DNA of 64,000 nucleotides from an uncultured Verrucomicrobiae bacterium (lineage in GTDB: Bacteria > Verrucomicrobiota > Verrucomicrobiia > Limisphaerales > JAHDYP01): assembly GCA_963765535.1 (NCBI GenBank), contig CAVXWU010000014.1, positions 391,963-455,962 on the forward strand, in the 5' to 3' direction. Shown here one piece after another: positions 36,641 to 43,374 of the stretch (positions are counted from its first letter, which is position 1; every line of letters starts with the position of its first letter). Made by a program: the position numbers and the translations under genes. Under the pieces are notes generated by a model that did not search any database, was not told the DNA's origin, and saw nothing but the letters and a program-made list of their open reading frames with translations.

Positions 36641-36742
36641 TAGGTATAGCGACCGCCGCCGGAAACGCCCGGTCGGCTGCAAGAGTCGCTGACAAATCAC
36701 CCGAACCGTCCAACTGCCCAGCGGGGCGGCGGTTCGCTGCAG
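36641..36742 (-). repeat. attC-like imperfect palindrome 2 (downstream of the zinc-ribbon cassette)
   Basis: Gene orientation: GCAGCGAACCGCCGCCCCGC...GCGTTTCCGGCGGCGGTCGCTATACCTACGTTCGGCGG. CGAAC/GTTCG and CGCCGCC/GGCGGCG pair, with an about 14-nt asymmetric bulge on the 3' side. Confidence 0.5.
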
Positions 36743-36769
36743 CGCCCTGGTTCGACAGCAGGGTCCTAG

Positions 36770-36991
36770 TCAAAACATACTAAACTTCTTGCATGTCCGG
36801 CACCAGCCGCCGCCGCCGAGAGTCGCCCAAACCAGTAAGTAAATACCTGTGAGAACAAGAATGATGGCCGGAGCCCAAAACCAATGCAGATAAAACGGGA
36901 TGACAATCGAACCCAGCATCAGCACTCCAACTGTGACGAGCCGGGTTCGGCTCTTCTGAATCATCTCTCCGCCACAAGTCTTGCAGTTCAT
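36770..36991 (-). CDS. Small zinc-ribbon membrane protein (hypothetical)
   Basis: MNCKTCGGEM...two predicted TM helices...WCRTCKKFSMF (CxxC ... CxxC). Start at the ATG at 36991, 13 nt after attC-like site 3; the longer track start (37042) would lie inside that site. Confidence 0.5.
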   Translation of the reverse strand: MNCKTCGGEMIQKSRTRLVTVGVLMLGSIVIPFYLHWFWAPAIILVLTGIYLLVWATLGGGGWCRTCKKFSMF

Positions 36992-37004
36992 AAAAAACTG
37001 GATT

Positions 37005-37090
37005 CCGCCGAACGACAGAGGACCGATGAGCGGCCCTCCCAAACCATTGATATTCCAACTGCACGTGCTGGCCGCTCATTCGGTCGCTCG
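37005..37090 (-). repeat. attC-like imperfect palindrome 3 (downstream of the hicBA-GNAT cassette)
   Basis: Gene orientation: CGAGCGAC-CGAATGAGCGGCC...GGCCGCTCATCG-GTCCTCT-GTCGTTCGGCGG. The 13-bp arm pairing has one bulged A, and the outer arms CGAGCGAC/GTCGTTCG have one mismatch. It begins 5 nt after the GNAT stop. Confidence 0.5.
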
Positions 37091-37095
37091 ATTGG

Positions 37096-37563
37096 CTAGG
37101 CATATTCACGCTTTCGCTCCCACCTCCACACAGTGCCATCTTCGGGGTCGATCACCTGCCCGACACTCCGAAATCCAGCCTTCAGAACGACACGGGACGA
37201 AGCGCCGGTGGGATCTAAAGTGTGGGCGATCACCATTTGGACTTCAGCACTCTCGAACGCTACCCGAAGCAAAGCACGCGCAACTTGCGTCGCATACCCT
37301 CGCCCTTCGAATGGCGGCGAAATGCCGTAGGCAATTTCAACGACTCCGTTGACAGGCGGCATCTTAAATCCTCCCTGTCCGATTAGAGCCCCGTCTTCGG
37401 CGCGAACCGCTGTGTACCCGAGCGTCCAATGGTCAACCGACGGAGAATTGATCCGCGCATGCCACTCCGGCGACACCTGCGCACGGTGGGGAGGCGGCAG
37501 CGCTTCGATCATTGCCAGCGCATCCTTCGCGGTTTTGGGAACGAGTTTTATGACATCTGCCAT
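37096..37563 (-). CDS. GNAT family N-acetyltransferase
   Basis: 155 aa with VEIAYGISPPFEGRGYATQVARALLRVAF (acetyl-CoA binding motif A-like R/Q-x-x-G-x-G/A) and RimJ/L-like length. Confidence 0.8.
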   Translation of the reverse strand: MADVIKLVPKTAKDALAMIEALPPPHRAQVSPEWHARINSPSVDHWTLGYTAVRAEDGALIGQGGFKMPPVNGVVEIAYGISPPFEGRGYATQVARALLRVAFESAEVQMVIAHTLDPTGASSRVVLKAGFRSVGQVIDPEDGTVWRWERKREYA

Positions 37564-37727
37564 GACGGACAGCTATTTTGCCTAACGGAAATATAGGCAC
37601 GCCGGGCCGAGCGAGTCCGCTCCACACGATGACGGCGTCCCGGCGTTGCTTGCCGCATCGAGACGAATCCTAACGCCTCCAGAATCCGACACACCTCGCG
37701 AGGCTTCAGGACTGGCAGCTTCCCCAT
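37548..37727 (-). CDS. hicA: HicA-family mRNA interferase toxin (divergent or possibly degraded C-terminus)
   Basis: 59 aa. MGKLPVLKPREVCRILEALGFVSMRQ matches the HicA N-terminal pattern (K/R..EV.R.LE..GF...RQ). The C-terminal half is atypical, and an alternative frame (track ORF 37433..37627) reads WSGLARPGVPIFPLGK, so a frameshift cannot be excluded. It overlaps the hicB stop and the GNAT start. Confidence 0.55.
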   Translation of the reverse strand: MGKLPVLKPREVCRILEALGFVSMRQATPGRRHRVERTRSARRAYISVRQNSCPSWQMS

Positions 37728-37939
37728 GTCTGCCCCACTTGGATCATCTGTGTTCCGACAAACTCCGTCTGCAGTGGCGGTTCGCCATCCTCCAACAGCA
37801 TCCCGACAACCTCCTCGAGATTGCGCTTCAACTCGTCCAAAGAGTCGCCCTGCGAATGCGCCCCGGCGAAACCCGGCACGTACCCGACATAAAGGCCGGT
37901 GTCCGGGCATTTCTCAACGACTGCCGTGAACGACTTCAT
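37706..37939 (-). CDS. hicB: HicB-family antitoxin (UPF0150-type, no DNA-binding extension)
   Basis: 77 aa. MKSFTAVVEKCPDTGLYVGYVPGFAGAHSQGDSLDELKRNLEEVVGMLLE is the classic HicB N-terminal fold pattern. Confidence 0.75.
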   Translation of the reverse strand: MKSFTAVVEKCPDTGLYVGYVPGFAGAHSQGDSLDELKRNLEEVVGMLLEDGEPPLQTEFVGTQMIQVGQTWGSCQS

Positions 37940-38000
37940 GTGCAGACGCTATGCGCTTCGTCCCAGCGAGTCAAAGCTTGCGACACCGCACGAAATGCTA

Positions 38001-38115
38001 CAGGCCGAACGTAGAACTGCGCGACTGCCGCCGGAAACGCAAGCTTGAGCGTCAGCGGCGCGTTCGAATTGACGCCTCGCGTCAAGCGGAGAGGCGGGGC
38101 GGCAGTTCGTCTGCC
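38001..38115 (-). repeat. attC-like imperfect palindrome 4 (upstream of the hicB cassette)
   Basis: Gene orientation: GCAGACGAACTGCCGCCCCGC...TTGACGC-GAG-GCGTCAA...GCGTTTCCGGCGGCAGTCGCGCAGTTCTACGTTCGGCCTG. Both ends are nearly identical to site 2 over about 20 and about 35 nt, while the centre differs. Confidence 0.5.
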
Positions 38116-38245
38116 GGGTAGGGGCCGGGGTTGCATCTCCATAGAACTCTTGATCCGGAGATCCGATCCGATCAAGACTCCGCCCGTCCTCAACGACTTT
38201 GGGCGGTGATGGATTTCAGTGGGCAGGGTCGGTGGGATAATCGGT

Positions 38246-40108
38246 ATGACGCTTCATCCGATCGATTTGATCATCATCGCGGTTTATCTGCTCTCGACGG
38301 TGGCGATTGGTTTGCTGCTGCAACGGCGGGCGGCGCGGAGCATGGACGCCTATTTCCTGGGGGGAAAGACACTGCCGTGGTACCTGCTCGGGTTGTCGAA
38401 TGCCTCGGGGATGTTCGACATCTCGGGGACGATGTGGATGGTGACCCTGGCGTTTGTTTATGGGTTAAAGAGTATCTGGGTGCCGTGGCTATGGCCGGTG
38501 TTCAACCAGATCTTTCTGATGATCTACCTCTCCGCCTGGCTGCGACGGTCCAATGTTCTGACCGGCGCGGAATGGATTCGGAAGCGGTTCGGGGATGGCC
38601 CGGGGGGACGATTATCGCACTGGGTAGTGGTGGGTTTTGCGGTCATCGGCGTGGTGGGTTTTCTGAGTTACGGGTTTATCGGGATTGGCAAGTTCATCGC
38701 GATTTTCATCCCGTGGGATGCGGTGGCGCCGTTTGTGCCTTTTGAGATTCCGCCCGAGTATGTGCCCCATTTTTATGGAATCCTGTTCACGGGCATCACG
38801 ACTTTTTACGTCATACTGGGCGGCATGTTGAGCATCGTCTGGGCGGACGTGATGCAATTCTCGATCATGTTTGTTTCGTCGATTGCGGTCGGACTGATCG
38901 CGATGAGCCGGGTCGATCCCGCCATGGTCCGGGGAATGGTGCCGGAGGGATGGATGAGCCCATTCTTTGGTTGGCGGCTTGATTTGGACTGGAGCGGGCA
39001 CTTGGCGTCCGTGAATGAAAAGATCGCCTCGGATGGTTTCACGCTGTTCGGTCTTTTCTTCATGATGATGTTATTCAAGGGGGTGTTCGCCGCGATGGCG
39101 GGGCCGGCGCCGAACTACGACATGCAAAAGATCCTTTCGACGCGCACCCCGGCGGAGGCGTGCAAGATGAGCGGTTTTGTGTCGGTGGTGCTCTTGTTCC
39201 CGCGCTATTTCATGATCACCGGGTTTGCGGTGTTGGCGGTGGTCTTTTTCCGTGGCGATTTCCAACAGATGGGAGGGGCGGTCGATTTCGAAAAAGTGCT
39301 GCCTTTGGCGATCAAGGAATTCGTGCCGCCGGGATGGACGGGGCTATTGTTGGCGGGATTGTTTGCGGCATTCATGGGAACGTTTGCCTCGACGATGAAC
39401 GCGGCGCCGGCGTACCTGATCAACGACGTCTACCTGCGTTACATCAATCCAAAGGCCACCGGAAAGAAGCTCATCTACGGCAGTTACCTGGTCTGCGCGC
39501 TGGTTGTCATTCTGAGCACGGTGGTCGGTTTTTTTGTGGCGGACATCAACAGTATATTGCAGTGGATCGTTTCGGCATTGTATGGGGGATATATCGCCGC
39601 GAACGTCCTCAAGTGGCATTGGTGGCGGTTCAATGGCCATGGTTACTTCTGGGGCATGCTGGCGGGAATCGCGGCTTCGATGGTGTTCCCGCTCCTTTTC
39701 CCCGGAGCCCTGCCGCTCTATTATTTCCCACTGACCCTCGCCGTTTCGGTGTTGGGCTGCATCGCAGGGACATTCGCGACCCCGCCCACGGACGAAAATG
39801 TGTTGATGGAATTCTATCGCACGACGCGGCCATGGGGTTTTTGGAGGCCGGTACACGACCGGGTAGTCGCGGCCGATCCCGATTTTGAGCGGAACACCGA
39901 GTTTCGGCGGGACATGGTCAACGTGGCGGTGGGCATCGTCTGGCAACTCTGTCTGACGATTGTGCCCATATACATTGTGCTGAAACAGGGTCTGCCTTTG
40001 GCGGCGTCTGTGGCGATCCTCGGAGTGACTTCCGTGATCCTGAAGAAGAACTGGTATGATCGGCTGGATTACGGCGCGCCTATCGGACCTGGAACCAAAT
40101 CGTCTTGA
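38246..40108 (+). CDS. Sodium:solute symporter (SSS) family transporter
   Basis: About 620 aa with 13 or more predicted TM helices. The N-terminal MTLHPIDLIIIAVYLLSTVAIGLL...YFLGGKTLPWYLLGLS is the typical SSS start. Confidence 0.9.
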   Translation: MTLHPIDLIIIAVYLLSTVAIGLLLQRRAARSMDAYFLGGKTLPWYLLGLSNASGMFDISGTMWMVTLAFVYGLKSIWVPWLWPVFNQIFLMIYLSAWLRRSNVLTGAEWIRKRFGDGPGGRLSHWVVVGFAVIGVVGFLSYGFIGIGKFIAIFIPWDAVAPFVPFEIPPEYVPHFYGILFTGITTFYVILGGMLSIVWADVMQFSIMFVSSIAVGLIAMSRVDPAMVRGMVPEGWMSPFFGWRLDLDWSGHLASVNEKIASDGFTLFGLFFMMMLFKGVFAAMAGPAPNYDMQKILSTRTPAEACKMSGFVSVVLLFPRYFMITGFAVLAVVFFRGDFQQMGGAVDFEKVLPLAIKEFVPPGWTGLLLAGLFAAFMGTFASTMNAAPAYLINDVYLRYINPKATGKKLIYGSYLVCALVVILSTVVGFFVADINSILQWIVSALYGGYIAANVLKWHWWRFNGHGYFWGMLAGIAASMVFPLLFPGALPLYYFPLTLAVSVLGCIAGTFATPPTDENVLMEFYRTTRPWGFWRPVHDRVVAADPDFERNTEFRRDMVNVAVGIVWQLCLTIVPIYIVLKQGLPLAASVAILGVTSVILKKNWYDRLDYGAPIGPGTKSS

Positions 40109-41690
40109 GATGCGCCGGCTCGTTACGGGTGATGGGAAAATCAAAAGGCTGAGCACAATAGTGCCATCGGAGGATGCGCCGGCCGGCGGCGGCGATCGAC
40201 TCGGATAGAACTTTAAGAAACACCTCGGCAGGGAGGCGAGCGGTGTTGGCCGAGGCGAAGAGGATGCCCCCGGCGGCCAAGAGCGGCAGCGCCGCGGCGA
40301 TGAGCCTGGAATAATCCTTCTCGACCTGGAACACGCCATGGTGCTTCGAACGTGAGAAGGTGGGGGGATCGAGCAGGATCGCGTCAAAGCAACGTTGCTT
40401 TCGGGCCAGCCGTCGGAATCCGTCGAACACGTCGCCCACGAGGAAGGCATGGGCTTCCGGGCGTAGGTCATTCAGTCGGAAGTTGGTTTTGGCCCAATCG
40501 AGGTATCGTGGGGAGAGATCGAGGTTGGTTGTGAGGGCGCCCGCCAGGGCGGCGCACACGGAGAATCCGGCGGTGTAGGCGAAGGCATTGAGGATTTGCG
40601 GGTGAGTGTCGCGAGCGGAGCACACCGGGAAATGGGCGGCAATGTGGTTCGCAAGCAACCGGCGTCGATTCTCGCGTTGGTCGAGAAACAGTCCAACGGA
40701 ATACCCGGCGCCGAGGTCGAGTTGGAATCGGACGCCATTCTCGACAATGTGGATGATGGACGATGCGCTTTGACCCATGACGAGCTGAGGCGCAGATGCT
40801 GTTGCCGAAGGGCCATTCGGTTTACGCAGCAGCGTCTTGTGATAGCCGGCCCGGCAAGGGAGGGTTTGCATCAAGTGGGAAACCCGCGCGCGCTGCGCGT
40901 CCGTGAGCGGTGCCGCAGACTGGCTCAGAAGGACGTCCCCCAATCGATCCAGATACCAGCGCGGATGAGCGTCGGCGGCGCCATGCACTAATCGATAGGC
41001 ATTGGTCTCCGCCACAGGGATCAGGGCAGCGCGCAACGCCAGCCCGGGATCCGAATCAAAATCGGGCGGGCACTCGAAACAACGCTGCTCGTCGGTGACC
41101 GGATGGCGGAGGATGATGCGCCAGGCGTGGAGACAAAGCCTCGGCGCGGGGCGCCCGCCATAGAGTGCGTCGCCCAGGATCGGAAAGCCAAGTTCGGCGG
41201 CGTGAACGCGAATCTGATGGGTCTTGCCGGTCAGGGGGCGGGCTTGGATGCACGGGTGGCCGGAGAGCGCGGAGACCGGATGGAAGAGTGTCTCGGCAAT
41301 ATCCGCACCGGCATGAGGCGGGCGGGAGTGGTAACGATCACCGGAGCGGACCAGGGCGGTCCGGAGCCGGAGTTCGGCGGTGCCGAGCGGACGTTGGGTG
41401 AGGAGAAGGTAGGTCTTCTCAATTACGGCTTCTGAGAACTGGCGGGAGAGCGACGTATTGGCTCGGGACGATTTCGCGAAAACCATGACGCCGGAAGTCT
41501 CCTTGTCGAGGCGATGGATCAGGGCAAGGGAGGCCCAGCGAGGCATCCGATGTCGCAGCCATTCGTAGAGACCCTCGCCGGCGTGTGGCGAAGGGGAGTG
41601 GGAGTTGATCCCCGCCGGTTTATTGACCACCAGGAGATCATTGTCCTCGAACACGACGCATGGCGGGAGAGCATTCACCAGAAATGCCAT
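40080..41690 (-). CDS. Fusion: RluA-family pseudouridine synthase + class I SAM-dependent (RlmI-like) RNA methyltransferase
   Basis: The N-terminal half has VVFEDNDLLVVNKPAG...LIHRLDKETSGVMVFAK (catalytic Asp in HRLD) and ...HQIRVHAAELGFPILGD. The C-terminal half has GLFLDQRENRR...LNAFAYTAGFSV...DAILLDPPTFSRSK (RlmI/K-type). The start is uncertain: the ATG at 41690 or a GTG at 41678 overlapping the upstream stop. Confidence 0.8.
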   Translation of the reverse strand: MAFLVNALPPCVVFEDNDLLVVNKPAGINSHSPSPHAGEGLYEWLRHRMPRWASLALIHRLDKETSGVMVFAKSSRANTSLSRQFSEAVIEKTYLLLTQRPLGTAELRLRTALVRSGDRYHSRPPHAGADIAETLFHPVSALSGHPCIQARPLTGKTHQIRVHAAELGFPILGDALYGGRPAPRLCLHAWRIILRHPVTDEQRCFECPPDFDSDPGLALRAALIPVAETNAYRLVHGAADAHPRWYLDRLGDVLLSQSAAPLTDAQRARVSHLMQTLPCRAGYHKTLLRKPNGPSATASAPQLVMGQSASSIIHIVENGVRFQLDLGAGYSVGLFLDQRENRRRLLANHIAAHFPVCSARDTHPQILNAFAYTAGFSVCAALAGALTTNLDLSPRYLDWAKTNFRLNDLRPEAHAFLVGDVFDGFRRLARKQRCFDAILLDPPTFSRSKHHGVFQVEKDYSRLIAAALPLLAAGGILFASANTARLPAEVFLKVLSESIAAAGRRILRWHYCAQPFDFPITRNEPAHLKTIWFQVR

Positions 41691-42346
41691 GCCCCTCGCC
41701 AGACGACCCATAAGCCAAGCAACAAATTGGTGACGGCGTGGGCGCAGATGGCGTCGCCCAGCCGGCCGCGCCGGCAAACAAGGCCCTGGTAAATCGCTCC
41801 ACACAGGAAGCCGGCGAGCCATTCATAATGGGCCAGGCCGAAGATGCCTGCGGTCAGGAAGAAAGGCCCCCATCGAACCACGCGGAACGAAACCGTCTCG
41901 AAGGCGGGATGGACCAGGTAGCGATAAAGAAAGGATCGGTAGAAGATCTCTTCGATCGGGGGGACAACGATCGCGGAGCCGAGAATGCGGCAGATTACGA
42001 AAAAGCAGGCCAGCGCATGGTGACCGGAAAAGGCGGCGAACGGATCCCACGTGGTTGGGCTCTTGCCCCACTTGGGATAGAACGGGTCCAGGCCGACCCA
42101 TAGCAGAGCCACCAGCGACCCGGCCGCGACGGCTGTCCAGGAAAACCGCCAGCGCATCTCGGGAACCATCGGCCAAATCTGCCAAATCAGTGCGGCTCCG
42201 ACCCCGGTCTTGAGGACGTAGATCCAGTATCGCGAACCTTCGCCGAACCATCCCTGGAAGACCGTCAGGGCCACGAAAACCGCAAAGGGCAGAACCCGGG
42301 CTTGGACGGGCGACAGCCGCGGGGCGGGCTTAGTGGTCTGTTTCAT
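41675..42346 (-). CDS. CPBP family intramembrane glutamic endopeptidase (CAAX protease-like)
   Basis: PPIEEIFYRSFLYRYL (EExxxR), IFGLAHYE (FxxxH), ICAHAVTNLLLG (HxxxN). Start set at the ATG at 42346 (MKQTTKPAPRLSP...), which lies inside the left arm of the 35-bp inverted repeat. Confidence 0.8.
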   Translation of the reverse strand: MKQTTKPAPRLSPVQARVLPFAVFVALTVFQGWFGEGSRYWIYVLKTGVGAALIWQIWPMVPEMRWRFSWTAVAAGSLVALLWVGLDPFYPKWGKSPTTWDPFAAFSGHHALACFFVICRILGSAIVVPPIEEIFYRSFLYRYLVHPAFETVSFRVVRWGPFFLTAGIFGLAHYEWLAGFLCGAIYQGLVCRRGRLGDAICAHAVTNLLLGLWVVWRGAWHFW

Positions 42347-42608
42347 AAATACGGTCACGTTCGTTGCGCCCAATTTGGCCTGACGCAAGGCGCGAGGGCG
42401 AGAGTGTATCCCCTGCGATACTCGACCGACCGAGCAACGCCGCCCCAGGCCAAATTCGGCGCAACCCTCCGGGCGGCCGTTCTTTTTCGGCCAGACTTCG
42501 TTGCTCGCGCCTTACAGACCGCTGCGGGTATGCTCGTTGCTCGCGCCTCGTCTGGCCGAAAAACCCCTGGCCGCGAACGTAACCGTATTTATGAAACAGA
42601 CCACTAAG
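42329..42608. repeat. 280-bp element bounded by 35-bp inverted repeats (1 mismatch) with two nested internal hairpins
   Basis: Left arm 42329-42363 is CTTAGTGGTCTGTTTCATAAATACGGTCACGTTCG. Right arm 42574-42608 is CGAACGTAACCGTATTTATGAAACAGACCACTAAG. Internal inverted repeats are 42364-42380/42448-42464 and 42483-42496/42550-42563, and a 15-nt direct repeat TCGTTGCTCGCGCCT occurs at 42498 and 42534. Confidence 0.85.
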
Positions 42609-42720
42609 TTTCCGGATTATCGGTTTTATCAGGGCCGGCCATAGAGCAGCGGGTAGGGGCGAGCCTCGCCTGTTATGCCGCGGCGTCACGGCTCATCGCG
42701 CGACCACTTTAATTCTCGAC

Positions 42721-43374
42721 TCAAAAGCTCGGCAAGGTCAGCACAAGGTTGGTCCCCGATCGGCTCAGGGTGACTCGACCCGGTTCGACTTCGATGATCC
42801 GCGCCTCGCCAATGGAGTCGCCCTTCCTCAGCACCTCTCCGTTAATCACTACTATGGGATTACGACTGTAAATTACACTCTGGAGTCGAAGTTCGAACAG
42901 GCCGGGCGGTGGCTGCGGCAATGACGCGTCGGCTGAATTGCCCGGTGCCGGGGTCATCGCCGAATCCGTGCCCGCTGGGATGGAAGGCGCAGCGCGTGTT
43001 GAGATCGGAGCGCGCGTTGTGTCCGGGCTTTCCCGGAGCACGCGAGGGGGATCGACTTTGGGCTCCGTCGCCGGCACGGATGAGGGATTCGAAACTGTTC
43101 GGTTTGGAATCACTCGTGAAGCGAATGGCGCAGGCAAGCGATTGCCCATAACTTCGGACGGACCGGTTTTGGGAGGGGTTGAAGGCGTGCCGGCCCAGCG
43201 GAAGAACGACCATAGCGAGAGGATGAGGAGGCCGACAACGGCCATCGGGAGCCAAAGGCCGAAGCTGCGCTTGGGGACTGGCTCCACAGGTTGCAGCCGC
43301 ATATTGGGGGGGCTTTCACCCCGCAGGCGCTCAGCTTCGCGGGCCCGCTTGAGGGCATCATTGATCAGACTCAT
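42721..43374 (-). CDS. GspB-like protein (partner of the ExeA/GspA-type ATPase)
   Basis: 217 aa: MSLINDALKRAREAE (a GspB-type N-terminus), one TM, a Pro/Ser-rich linker, and a conserved C-terminal beta-rich segment. The start overlaps the upstream gene's stop by 4 nt. Confidence 0.6.
   Translation of the reverse strand: MSLINDALKRAREAERLRGESPPNMRLQPVEPVPKRSFGLWLPMAVVGLLILSLWSFFRWAGTPSTPPKTGPSEVMGNRLPAPFASRVIPNRTVSNPSSVPATEPKVDPPRVLRESPDTTRAPISTRAAPSIPAGTDSAMTPAPGNSADASLPQPPPGLFELRLQSVIYSRNPIVVINGEVLRKGDSIGEARIIEVEPGRVTLSRSGTNLVLTLPSF

Larger units (their letters stand above)
35951..38115 (-). mobile_element. Integron-like gene cassette array without an integrase in the window (CALIN-like): 3 cassettes bounded by 4 attC-like sites
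   Basis: All five small genes are on the minus strand. Each unit is followed within 0-27 nt of its stop by an 86-115-bp imperfect palindrome. In gene orientation these share the ends GCAG(A)CGAAC / CGAGCGAC at 5' and CGTTCGG(C/T) at 3'. The block sits between unrelated housekeeping-type genes (HEAT protein, SSS symporter). Confidence 0.55.

Noticed and set aside
37433-37627. 64-aa ORF in an alternative frame across the hicA 3' half and the GNAT 5' end
   Set aside because: It mostly overlaps the well-supported GNAT gene out of frame. It is kept only as a hint that hicA might carry a frameshift, which cannot be resolved without homolog alignment.
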